Below are positions 37,301 through 49,310 of a stretch of 64,000 bases of DNA, piece by piece. The notes under the pieces are model-generated. The model did not search any database and was not told where the DNA came from. It was given only the letters and a program-made list of their open reading frames with translations. Position numbers and translations under genes: made by a program. Numbering within the stretch: the stretch's first letter is position 1; the number at the start of each line of letters is the position of its first letter. The stretch spans positions 44,454,001 to 44,518,000 of the forward strand of contig NC_043002.1 in assembly GCF_006345805.1 (NCBI RefSeq). The letters are read 5' to 3'. Source of the stretch: Octopus sinensis (taxonomy: Eukaryota).

Positions 37301-37445
37301 TGTAACCATGTTGTTAAATCTCCGTTAACAGTACCGTATGCAGGTCCTTTCCGTTTTCTTTCATGCACGAATAAATCTTTCACTATAGACCTTTATGGTC
37401 GTAAAGATCCTATATCGGTGGATAGAGTAAAAAAGGCCTTCATAA
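37301..37445 (+). mobile_element. Gypsy-type LTR retrotransposon integrase C-terminal (GPY/F) fragment
   Basis: KSPLTVPYAGPFRFLSCTNKSFTIDLYGRKDPISVDRVKKAF. Confidence 0.7.
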
Positions 37446-38279
37446 AGAAGACTGTCCCTGTTCCCACTGCTTATGACACACACACACGCATTACAAACAC
37501 GGCCCGCACACCCGCCATTACAAACACGGTCCGCATACCCACCATTCCATTACTAACATTGGGATTGATCAGGTACCGGATAAGGATTCTGGATTATTTT
37601 TCCGGTTTTTACTCAATTTTTAGAGCGGCCGGATTCCTTTTTAGTATTTTCGTTTGTGAGAGCAGTCGAGTATATTTAAGATATTCTCATTTTAAAAATC
37701 ATCTCCGGCTAATCGTTGAGAGGAGATTGATGTTGTTTTGGCGGAAGTTTGCACTCTCTGAGTGCTCTTGTATTTATATTATTTTGAACAGACAACTTTG
37801 CAAAGTATTTGAAGCTGTTCTAATTTTTAATATCTAAAATTATCTTTGGTTATTCATTTGTTCAAATTAAACATAATTTTTTTTTTATTTCATGTTGCTA
37901 AAGTTACACGTCCGTTTTTCACACAACAGTTTCGGCGTTCGGTGTGAATATTTTGGGAAGGTGATTTATCCCAACCTTTGAATTTTTATTGTAACTTGAT
38001 GTAATTTATTTTAGAATGCTTCTGTAAATATTTTCCAGTTTTTTATTTCATATGCCTTAATACTTTCACTTTCTGCAAATCATTTATTTTCAGAAAATAC
38101 TGTTTTATTCAACTTTCGTTAAAATGTAAACAACTCTCATATAATACAATTAGTCGCTTATTGGTTTATATATTGTGATTTTAATGATTTTAGCTCCTCA
38201 TAGTATTCTCACACTTACAAGATATACGATGTAAATATATATATATATTATATATATATATATATATAATATATATATA

Positions 38280-38612
38280 GGCGCAGGCGTGGCTGTGTGG
38301 TAAGCAGCTTGCTTACCAACCACATGATTCCAGGTTCAGTCCCACCCACTGCCTAGCACCTTGGGCAAGTGTCTTCTTCTATAGCCTCGGGCTGACCAAA
38401 GCCTTGAGAATGGATTTGTAGACGGAAACTGAAAGAAGCCCGTCGTATGTATGTATGTGTTATGTATGCGAGTGTGAGTGTTTGTTAGTCTGTGTTTGTC
38501 CCCCATCACCACCACCATCACAAAGGATAACTCCTGGTGTCGATTTGTTCGACTAAAAGGCGGCGTTGCAGCATGGCCGCAGTCTGAAACAAACAAAAGA
38601 ATAAAAGAAAGA
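38280..38612 (+). mobile_element. tRNA-derived SINE (second family) with CORE-like block, internal microsatellite and 3' domain
   Basis: GGCGTGGCTGTGTGGTAAG A box, GGTTCAGTCCC B box, accttgggcaagtgtctt core. Related 3' parts at 39385-39545 (-) and 15345-15495 (+). Confidence 0.75.
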
Positions 38613-38889
38613 ATATATATATATATCCGATGTGGTGCTGAAACGTTCCTGGCTTTAAAAGCATCGGGAAAGTCCTGGCTTGTGGCCCAAGCTCCCGAGT
38701 TCAGCGCATCTTATCGAATTTACAACAATAACATACATACAAATATTTGGCTTATTTAAATACACAATTCTATGGAAACGCACTTCCCTTCACAGACACA
38801 TTCACACGTACACAGACACATATACACACACACACGCATGTACATACACACACATTCACATACATACATACATACATATATATATATAT

Positions 38890-39115
38890 ACAAGAAAAAA
38901 GCAACAAGAATGGATTAGTTGTTCAGTACAATTGTTTCATACGAAGAACAGATTTATTTAAAGCTGCAAATATTGCAGCAAATATAAATGTCCCGTATTC
39001 ATCAGCCAAAACACATATGAGTTTTGCTGCAATATTTGCAGCTTTAAATAAATCTGTTCTTCGTATGAAACAATTGTACTGAACAACTAATCCATTCTTG
39101 TTGCTTTTTTCTTGT
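38890..39115. repeat. Perfect inverted repeat with 93-bp arms (38890-38982 and 39023-39115) and a 40-nt spacer
   Basis: Arms are exact reverse complements; adjacent to (TA)n; a second 14-bp hairpin lies at 39186-39217. Confidence 0.95.
38922..39010 (-). ncRNA. Type I hammerhead ribozyme, intact core
   Basis: Minus strand: TTTGG-CTGATGA-ATACG[extended stem II with GCTGCAA-tat-TTGCAGC]CGTAT-GAAAC-AATT-GTA-CTGAA. Predicted cleavage after 38927; palindromic stem III (ACAATTGT). Confidence 0.75.
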
Positions 39116-39233
39116 TTATAATCACCCCACATTATTTTATGGTTAATACCATAAAGATTTCTTGTGCATCTAAGTTAAGTGCCACATTCAAGTGAATTCA
39201 TTAGAATTCACTTGAATCTTAATTGTTTTACTG

Positions 39234-39306
<73 letters not shown>

Positions 39307-39589
39307 CACGTTCATATACAAATGTATATATAATATATACATACGTATTTATCTCTATATACACATACATACACACATACAAACATTACTCTTATTTGTT
39401 TCAGTCGTTGAACTGGGGCTATGCTGGAACAATAGATTCCTAGTACTCATTTTAAGCCTGCTACTTGTTCTATTATCTTCTTTCGACAAACCCTTAAGAT
39501 AGGAGCACGAAAACAAACCAATACTGGTTGCAATGCAGTAAGAACGCATGCACAAACGCCAACATATACATACATATCTATACATAGAT

Positions 39590-39770
39590 ATAGTGAGAAT
39601 TTACAAGAAAAAATGAAGATGGGTGTGTAAACAATAAACAGATGTATCAGTTTAACGCTTGAGAAGTGAGAAAGTATTTTACGTTTCGAGCCTACGCTCT
39701 TCAACAGAAAGAAACACAGAAATAAACAGGGAGAGAACATAGAAAAAGGTTTAGTGGCTAGCGATCTATC
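39590..39770 (-). mobile_element. Short repeat carrying a variant hammerhead motif (same family as 55725-56105)
   Basis: TCTTT-CTGTTGA-A-GAGC-GTAG-GCTC-GAAAC-GTA-AAA at 39712-39677. Confidence 0.6.
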
Positions 39771-40149
39771 ATGTATACACACGCATACAAGCATACCAAG
39801 AAATTGCACACACTTTGCGTCTTCTAAATTCCTCAAAACGTATTAATCGGTCCAGGGCTATAGTAGAAGTCACGTACGTAAGGTGTAGCGCAGTGGGATT
39901 GAATGGAATCCACGTCATTGCGACGCATGTTAGTTAACGCAGCCATTCCTGCGTCGATATATCGATATACGGTGAGACGTTAGTGACATCGGTATATTCA
40001 TCCTTTTGCATAATGAATAACATTTCTTTTTTTCCAGAAATATAAGCATGGCTTGAAATGAATATTCTTTTTCGGACAAATGTAAAGAAGGTCTCTGTAG
40101 AGAATTCGGCGGTTGTATTCAATCGCTTAATTTAAATAGTTAAATAAGC

Positions 40150-40345
40150 ACCTGTCCTAAAATGTTGGTGGTAGGGGCTAATCGATTACGTTGATCCTTA
40201 TTCTCGATTGGTACTTTATTTTATAGTACAGTAAGGGATGAAAAGTAGAGTCAATGGCGACGGAATTTGAACGTTGAACGTAAAACCTGAAGTAAATGCC
40301 GCGTGACATTTTGGCCAGTGTGCAAAACGATTCAGCCAGTTCACC
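40150..40345 (-). mobile_element. Old Nin/Deu-like SINE copy
   Basis: gggatgaaaagtagagtc...cggaatttgaac...aacgattcagccagttcaccgc. Confidence 0.6.
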
Positions 40346-40779
40346 GCTGCTACATAGCCAAATACCATGAAGATTTCAAATGTAGAAGGTCGCTTGAAAC
40401 TGGAGTCTAAAATTAGAGGGCGCGGAAATAATATGTCGTGTTCCAGTCGTGTTCACATTTCGAGTTTAGTTTTCTTTAATTTTACCATATCGTGTTTTAA
40501 TTCAATATAAAAAATATGAATATTTATGGATCGGTTACATGGAGATAATGAGCAACTACTAAATTGCAAATTCTTAGAATTATATGTAATGCATCTGCGT
40601 CAGCAAATTACATTTGTCAGGAAGAAAGAGACAGCTCTGCCTATCAAAATCAACCATTAAAAATTTACAATGTAGACATATGTATATATATATATGCATA
40701 CAAATCTGCATATACATACTTACAAGCACGCGCACACGCGTCCCTCCCCCCACATATACATGTGTGTATACGTATATAT

Positions 40780-40851
40780 GTATATATGCTACATATATAT
40801 ATATGTATGAATATATGTATATATGTATATATATATATATGTATATATGTA

Positions 40852-40887
<36 letters not shown>

Positions 40888-40918
40888 CATACATATATAT
40901 ATATATATATATAATATA

Positions 40919-40980
<62 letters not shown>

Positions 40981-41010
40981 AAATACATATTTATATATAT
41001 ATATATTTAC
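40780..41010. repeat. Degenerate (TA)n tract
   Basis: Direct inspection. Confidence 0.9.
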
Positions 41011-41191
41011 TTAGATGCATGGATATATAAGTATATATATTACCAATTGCATATGAGTTTACTTACGATATTCCTACATAAGTATCTAAGTATTACATAT
41101 ATTCTAGCATAAAAAAGCTAAGAGCTCTTCATGAACAATCTTCCCATGCTGCACAGCAACTATATTCTAATATAATAATAGAATGAATAAA

Positions 41192-41537
41192 GGCGCATGG
41201 CTCAGTGGTTAGAGCGTCGAGCTTACGATCGTGAGGTTGTGAGCTCGAATCCCGGACGGGGCTGCGTGTTGTGTTCTTGAGCAAGGCACTTTATTTCACG
41301 TTGCTCCAGTTCACTCAGCTGTAGAAATGAGTTGCGACGTCACAGGTGCCAAGCTGTATCGGCCCTTGCCTTTCCCTTGGACAACATCGGTGACGTGGAG
41401 AGGGGAGGCCGGTATGCATGGGCGACTGCTAGTCTTCCATAAAACAACCTTGCCCAGACTTGTGCCTCAGAGGGTATCTCTCTAGGTGCAAACCCATGGT
41501 CAGTGCCTGACCGAAGGGGGTCTTTACCTTTACCTTA
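41192..41537 (+). mobile_element. Full-length tRNA-derived CORE-like SINE (subfamily A)
   Basis: A box TGGCTCAGTGG (41198), B box GCTCGAATCC (41243), core gttcttgagcaaggcacttt...cactcagctgtagaaatgag, (CTTTAC)n tail. Paralog at 53869. Confidence 0.85.
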
Positions 41538-44500
41538 CAATTCAAAATTAAAGATATATCAAAGTACGGAGAACATTGTATTTAATCGCGACTAAAATTC
41601 GTCTATTCAATACTGAATATAAGTAATCAGTAAATAGGTGGAATCATCATTGCTGAAACTATACGCTTCCTTCCTCGGATCAGAAGAGTAGCCTTTGTAA
41701 AGAGAGGAATTACGTCCCCAGGAAACAGGTATGTAAGCCGTATGCACTATGTGTAAATGCTTTACTCTGTGCACTAACTGAAACATTTCTTGATAAACAA
41801 ATACAAAAGAAAACAGACTTCAAGACAGTATACTTTAACGAACATTAAGTCAAAATAGCAATATCGCTAAAGCGTGAAGTATTCTACAACTAACGAATGT
41901 TTCTGTGGTCAATGAAAATTCACTTGGAGGAATGAACAGATAAAAGTCAAAAGTTCTTTGGCTCTCTACAACTGATTTGGGATGACATGTAACAAGCAAA
42001 AATCAGTGACCTCTGAAAGATAGTCCGTTCAAAATAAATATAAGAAAGTTTCTTTCCCAACTAGAATACGATATAATAAATGGACTAGTAGTAAATTACT
42101 TGAATGGAGCAAGCCAGGAAACATAAAACAGTATCCTAGACATTTAAGTGCCTTTTACACAATATAGAAAATGAATCAGTTGACAAAAAATATAAGCTAC
42201 ACAAAACCAAAGCCGTAGATATTATCCACATCACATCCAGCTGTAGACTAATATTCCCTTGATAGTACATTCCGAGGAGGCCTAAGGGAGTAACCAGAGC
42301 AATCTGAGATAACGTGTGAAAAATAATAAAGATGAACATATAAAGTACGATGGATTAAAAGAGTACTGGCGAAATTGAAGAATATAACATCAACCAAATT
42401 AAAATGCAGTCGACCTGACATAGATGAATGGGGCTGCAAAATATAAGTATGCTTTGTTGCGGATGTCAGTTGCTTATTTAGTATCGATGTAGTAAAATAT
42501 GTATAGATAAAATCTAACATTTGATAAGGTTGGTCTCAAACAAACTTTCAACTTTACACCCGTCCCTTTTGGTGCGACATCTATGTGACAGTCCAACTGG
42601 ATCAAAATTTAGTTAAAAATCAGTTGATGGAGGAAGAATGTATTTCAATAATTCATACACTACTGGTTATAACGATATCTGAAACAATGTAAATTGCCAA
42701 AATCTTAAAATCTAAAAGGTCAATGGTTGTGCGAATATCGGCGGAGGAAAGACCATTTACGTTTTATTAAAAAATCTTTTCTTCGCCAACATGTCACCAT
42801 GCAAGTGGCTGGCGAAAATAAACTCTAATTCGTGCGAGAAACTATACTTGCATGCATGCATTATATATATATGCAAACGCATTTACATCATATACCCGTG
42901 CATTACATTGGATATAATAAGGAAATAAAGATAGAGAGAACGTGATTAATGTGCGTATATGTGTGTATTTGTGTGCGTGGGCGTAAGAAAGATATTTCTC
43001 TTAATTTAGAGACCCCGGGAATGAATCTAATGAACAAGTAAATAGAGTAATTGATTGAGAGACAGAAATTTTATCATGCCAACTAACACACTGGTGCGGT
43101 TAAAATCTCGTTTCACGGCAGTTTTGGATTCCATTACGAAATGCAGCACTTACCAGCAGTTCACCGAGTTTCTCGATATATAATGCTTCAACAATGATAC
43201 GGTGGGATTCAAGGCAGATTCGGATGCTGAATATAAAAGGTCTTTTATAGATTTCACTATAATAATACTTCATATTGCTTCTCAGTTTTGTCTACACACA
43301 ATAAAATGTATGAAGTTTCGTATGGTTTCATTTTATTATTATATTCTGTTACTTTACATTCTATGTAACGATAAATCATACATTAATTCTAGAAATTCCA
43401 GATTGTCATTCTTCCATCATTTGGTCATTGGAATGGCGAACATGGCGAGGGATTATACTAAAAAATGTCTTTCATTTCTGTATTGAATGTTTTTTTTTTT
43501 GCCTGACATCTGCTAAACCTATAGGAAACATTTTCCTCCAATTGCACACCATTCTCTTCAAAATTGAAGTGCTAACTGATTAATGTGTCCGGGAAAAAGA
43601 CATTGCGATTATCACAGCTGGAAATATTTCGAAATGGATCTGTTGTCTGAATTCTGACACAATTAGCAAATTGAAGTGTTAGAACATAGCTGAATACTCA
43701 TTAGAAGTATACGCGTTACTACGTATGCATCTGTTATCGTTTTTAATTTGAATCGAATTAAATGTATATTACGATACAGAAAAAATGAAAACTAGATATC
43801 TTCATCAGCAGCAGTTATTCAATAAGAAGGATCATAGGAAAATGTACTGTAAGAAGCAAAGAAAATAACGTTTTCTTGCTAAAGTTTCCGTCATACACAT
43901 ACATATATATTTGTTTGCAAAGCGAGCGGCGAAACATTGTAAATATAAATTTAACATTGAAAGATTATCACAGTATTGTTTAATATATATATATATAGTT
44001 AGAGAGAGAGAGAGAGGGGGGAGAGAGAGAGAAAGAGAGAAAGAAAGAAAGAAAGAGTGAGACAAATCTTTTGTTCTAGAGAACAACAGCAGTGATTGGG
44101 TAAGGTGAACAAGAGAAGATATAAAGGAAGATAGAGTATTGTTATAATCAAGTATAAGCGAAATAATGAATTAAGCATCTCTGCTATTTTATACTATTTT
44201 ATTTCAAAATAAATTGATCTGGTGTAATGGTCTACGCATGTGTTATTCATTGATGTTTTCCAGTTTTACAAACATCAAAATTTTGACCTTAAATGGTATC
44301 TCAGTATTATGTCCTTCTAGGGGATGAGAGGTTAGGCATGTCCTTTGGGAAGGAGAACAACTTTAGCAATATGAAAATGAGGGATGAATGAGTGCAATTT
44401 GTCTGCATGGAGATAACACTGAAGCCAGGTTGAGTGTAGTAGCTGCAGATTATGCAAAAATATCCCATTTCGCAGGTAATTTATTCAAGTGAGCGAAGCA

Positions 44501-44635
44501 TTAAACTAAAACTATACATTTTGATAAGATTTAATATGCGTAAACGTAATATCAATATATAAAAACTGTTTAAATCACCAAATACGTATCTTCGTATGTT
44601 TCATAAATCGATGCATGAATAATGTAAGAGCGATT

Positions 44636-44901
<266 letters not shown>

Positions 44902-45544
44902 GTGCTAACTATACTTAAAAAATGTATTATATTTATGTGTACAGACTACAAATATTGTTAGAAATACAAATGTTTTTTCTAAAAAAGATCTGGTCATCTG
45001 ATCTATAAATACGAATATGTTTCTGTACTAGTTGCTCGATAATTGTGTATGATACGTCAAATGATTCAGGTCGGAGTAAATTCTATTCAGATAATCAAAT
45101 AACGTTTCAAAAACATGTGCTTTGAGATGGAGTCTTGACACATTAATACCAGTAATTCAATTTTTGTGGTCAGAATCATGTACGGAAGTTTTCACAGCAT
45201 TCATTAAAAGCTAAAAGCAAATAAAAAATATCTTTGTTGAAGTATACAGAAATATCTTATTTTTAGTCAGTATTTTGAAAAGCGTGTTACTTATTCACTT
45301 GGCTGCGTATTGAGATATTGAATTAGATGCTCAGAGTTTCAGTTTTAATGTCATTGGAAGTTTGAGTTTTAATGTCATTCCATGAAATATTATCTGTTTC
45401 GTCTTTTAATTGTAATTTTTATATAGTAAAACATTTTAAAGACATTGATAGTAAAATAGTGGGAACTTAATATTTTCTTTAAAACATTTAATTTATTAAA
45501 ACAAAATCATTGTTCTTATAAGGATGATGGTGATAAATATGATT

Positions 45545-45805
45545 AAATAAAAATAAATGCGCCCATTTTAAAACCTAGCTAGGATCATGGGCCCGGTTTC
45601 CCGGTTTCTATGGTGTATGTGTTCCCCAGCTGGACGGAACGTCAGTTCATTGCAGCGTTACTCATTTTTGCCAGCTGAGTGGACTGTAGCAACGTGAAAT
45701 GAAGTGTTTTGCTCAAGAACACAACGCGTCGCCCGGTCCAGGAATCGAAACGACAATCTTACGATCATGATGCTGACACCCTAACCACTAAGCCACGCGC
45801 CTCCA
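45545..45805 (-). mobile_element. Full-length tRNA-derived CORE-like SINE (subfamily B)
   Basis: Minus strand GGCGCGTGGCTTAGTGGTTAGG...TTTCGATTCC...core...aaaccgggaaaccggg...ttatttt tail; close paralog at 62772. Confidence 0.85.
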
Positions 45806-45814
45806 CATGAATAT

Positions 45815-46710
45815 GATTAGCGAGATAATATTGATAATTCTTCCTAATCTTGACACAAGGCCAACAAGATTTAAAGGCAGGGAGTATGTCGTTTACCTTC
45901 ACTCCGCCCCATCTTCCAATGCTCAACGGGCACTTGCGTTTAACGACCAGGAAACGATGAAAGGCAAAGTTGCTCTCAGCGGCATTTTAACTTAGAACCT
46001 AAAGAGCCGGAAGAAATGCTACTAAGCATTTTGTCCGACGCGCTAACGATTCTGCCAACTAGCCGTCATACTCATGATAATGCTAATAGTTTCCAATATA
46101 GGCACAAGGTCAGTTATTTCAGAGAAGGGGGTTAGTCGATTACATCGCTCTCAGTGTTCAACTGGTACTTATTTTATCGACCCCGAAAGGATTAAAGGCG
46201 AAGTCGGCTGCGGAGGAATTTGAACTCAGAACATAAAGACGTACAAAACGCCGCTAAGCATTTTCATCGGTGTCCTAACGGTTATGCCAGATCGCTGCCT
46301 TACTCATTATAATGACAATGGTTCCTAGTTTATGCTCAGGACGAACAATTTTGAGGGAAGGAATATGTCGAAATCAAAGCCACGTGGATACCATATACTT
46401 GACTGCAATTGGAATTGAAATTAAAATATACAAAAGCTGTAATTAATTACTGTAAGGTATCTTGTTCAGTGCTATGATTCTGACAACCCAACTGTAACAA
46501 TCATAATGATAATTCTAATTCTCGTAGAAGGCCAGCTATTTTGCGGAGACGGTGCAAGTCGATTACATAGATTTTAATAACTTTGTTATCGAACCCTCAA
46601 GTACGATATGCGAAGATGGCCTCAGTGGAATTTGGCCTTATACTGTAGAGAGTCTGAGGAAATACTGCTAAGCTCTTTGTCCGACATATTAACGATTATG
46701 GTAGCTCACT
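45815..46710 (-). mobile_element. Cluster of three diverged Nin/Deu-like SINE copies (about 45815-46060, 46085-46300, 46500-46710)
   Basis: Each shows gtcgattacat..., gatgaaaggc/gaaagg..., ggaattt..., gctaagc and taacgatt blocks. Confidence 0.7.
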
Positions 46711-46789
46711 GCATTAATAAAAATTATGGTAATGCTTTCATTATTAATCAGTAAGTATATACAAAAAGATCGAACAAGGTACAAAACGA

Positions 46790-48367
46790 TACAACGTAAT
46801 AAAATGTACAGATGGAAGAAAGATTAGACAAGTTGACATCCAGAAAGGGATCTTTCCAGGAGGTTCGATTATACCCTATTTATTGTTTGTATATTACCGC
46901 TCTCCATCGTTCTCAAAAAATGGGAGATTGCTACGAAATATGGAAAAATATGAGACCAATCAATCATCTGATATTTATGGATGATTTAAAGTTTTACAGA
47001 GCTAGCAATGGTCAAATGCATTTCTTTATTCAGCGTGCACGAATCTTTCCTCAAGACATCCATATGGCATTATGATGTTGAACTCAGAAAAGGGTGCAAT
47101 GGAGGACAACTTCCAGATGATGAGTGAATAAGAGAATGAACGAAGAGCGTTACAAGTATCTGGTGTTTTGTAACTAATTTAAATACTGAATACCAAGATG
47201 AAGAAACTTGCTTCTGAATATACTAGAAGAGTTTAAAAGTTACATAGATTAGACTAAATGGAGGGAATCTGATTAGAGTTGTGATAATTTACTATGCAGG
47301 TGTTGTGAGAACTTGACAACATGGAGAGAAACACTAGGAAAGTAATGGCTAAGCATGGATGACTTCATACAAGGAGTGACGTAGCATGGCTATACTTACC
47401 TAGGAAGGAAAGTGGAAGAGAGAAAACTGATTGGAATACAAGATAGTGTTATGGAGAGTATCGAGTCCTTGCATGCCTATTTGAGGAATAGTGATAAAAG
47501 AATGTTACAATCTGCCGTGAATGAGGAAGTGATCAATGACAATTGAGAGGCCTTCAAGGAATACAATATGAGGAGTAATAGAGAAAATATCATCAACTGA
47601 AAAGAGAAAGCCCTACACAGAGCTTTTTCAACAAGCAGCTGATAAAGCTGATGAAGAGTCCTGGAGATTGTTATGACGTGGGTTTTTAAAGATCGAGAAG
47701 AAAAGACTGGTTCTTATTGCTCAAGAACAAGCTTTATGTATTAATTCAGAACATGCTTTATGTATTTACGTATTAAGACAGCTGCATCATCTTTGTGTAA
47801 ACTATGTGGAAAATCATCTGAGACAGGTAAACATATAATTAGCGGATGTTCAAAACTAGTCAAAAATAATTCAAAAACTATGCCGTAACAAATTACATTG
47901 CAAACATACTCGGAGTTGTGCAAGAAGTATGAGCTAGAACGCTCTATCAAATAGTATAAGCACCAACGTTTAACAGCAGCAGAGAATGAACAGTTGAGAT
48001 CCACATGGAATATGCCAATATATACTGACAAAAAAGCTGCAAAATAATAACCCACCAGATATCACTCTTCCACTGAAGGATTCCAGAGAATGGACCTGCA
48101 TTGATGTATCAGTATCTGCAAACCAAAATATTGATGAGACAGAAGAGAAAGTTGAAAAGTACTAAGTTTTAGGATCGGTGGTGAAAAGAAACCAGAGAGC
48201 TTCAAAAGTGAGTGTGGCACCTATTTGTGATCAGTGTACTTGGACCCATCTCCAAAAGTGCACTATTCTGGCATCAAAAGCAGCAAATACCAAACATTTT
48301 ATGAAGTATTCAGATGGCAGTAGTACTTAACAGAATTCATGTGTTGAGGAAAGTGTTGCGTCTCTAA
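46790..48367 (+). mobile_element. Decayed R4/Dong-like non-LTR element: RT, CCHC knuckle and RLE endonuclease
   Basis: IQKGIFPGGS; INHLIFMDDLKFY; YKYLG-like; RSDVAWLYLPRKESG; CKLCGKSSETGKHIISGC (47796-47849); PDIT...CIDVSV (48055 onward); ...VLRKVL*. Confidence 0.85.
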
Positions 48368-48447
48368 GCTGCGGGATGGAGCTGAGATGTGCGAAAGACA
48401 TAGATGTCACCAGTCAAGTGCATAAAAATACTACTAGTACTAAGAAA

Positions 48448-48588
48448 ACGACGACGACGACGACGACGAAGAAGAAGAAGAAGAAGAAGAAGAAGAAGAA
48501 GAAGAAGAAGAAGAAGAAGAAGAAGAAGAAGAAGAAGAAGAAGAAGAAGAAGAAGAAGAAGAAGAAGAAGAAGAAGAAGAAGAAGAAG
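48448..48588. repeat. (ACG)n(AAG)n microsatellite
   Basis: Direct inspection. Confidence 0.95.
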
Positions 48589-48599
48589 GGTTTCAAAAT

Positions 48600-48792
48600 G
48601 TTGCACAAGGCCAGCAAGTTCGGGTTAGTGTATTACATTGACCCCAGCGCTCAACTGATTCTTATTTTATCGACTCCGAAAGAATGAAAGGCAAAGTCAA
48701 CGTCGGCGGAATTTGAACTCAAAAGGTGAAGACTGACGCAAACTCCGAAGCATTTTGCCCGACGCGCTAACAGTTATGACAGTTCGCCACCT
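48600..48792 (-). mobile_element. Nin/Deu-like SINE copy
   Basis: ttattttatcgactccgaaagaatgaaaggcaaagtcaacgtcggcggaatttgaactc. Confidence 0.75.
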
Positions 48793-48854
48793 TAATAATA
48801 ATAATAATAATAAAGCGAAGTTGCTTACTTACTGACCCATCATATTTGTTTGAT

Positions 48855-49095
48855 TCCAGGATCGCAAAGAAGGTAGAAGAAAAACCAAAAATAGAATCCC
48901 TTAAAATTTAAAATAGGAAGAATTTGGAGTATGCGAACAGTAAAGGTCGTGCCTATAATAATTGGTGCATTGGAAACGGTAAGCCAAGATATAGACAAAT
49001 GTCTGAAAGAGATTAAAATAAAATGCCCGGTAGAACTCCGACAGAAAGTTTGTCTCTTAAGGACAGCAAGGATTATCAGGAGGGTTCTAAGTAAT
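48855..49095 (+). mobile_element. 3' end of a second R4/Dong-like element between (AAT)n tracts
   Basis: VKVVPIIIGALETVSQDIDKCLKEIKIKCPVELRQKVCLLRTARIIRRVLS: typical RLE C-terminus. Confidence 0.75.
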
Positions 49096-49117
49096 TCGTC
49101 CAGCGTGCTCGCCGCTT

Positions 49118-49310
49118 TAATTAATAATAATAATGATAATAATAATAATAATAATAATAATAATATAATAATAATAATAATAATAATAATAGTAATAATA
49201 ATAAGGAGGAGGAGGGGAGGGGGAGGAGGAGGAGGAGGAGGAGAAGAAGAAGAAGAAGAAGAAGAAGAAGAAGAAGAAGAAGAAGAAGAAGAAGAAGAAG
49301 GAGAAGAAGA
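49118..49310. repeat. Compound (AAT)n(GGA)n(GAA)n microsatellite
   Basis: Direct inspection. Confidence 0.95.

Noticed and set aside
38625-38720. CCGATG...GAAACGTT initially read as a hammerhead
   Set aside because: Better explained as a mariner-type terminal repeat fragment; no stems.
41870-42800. Possible LINE RT and Tc1 5'-end remnants
   Set aside because: No diagnostic motif could be read in frame.
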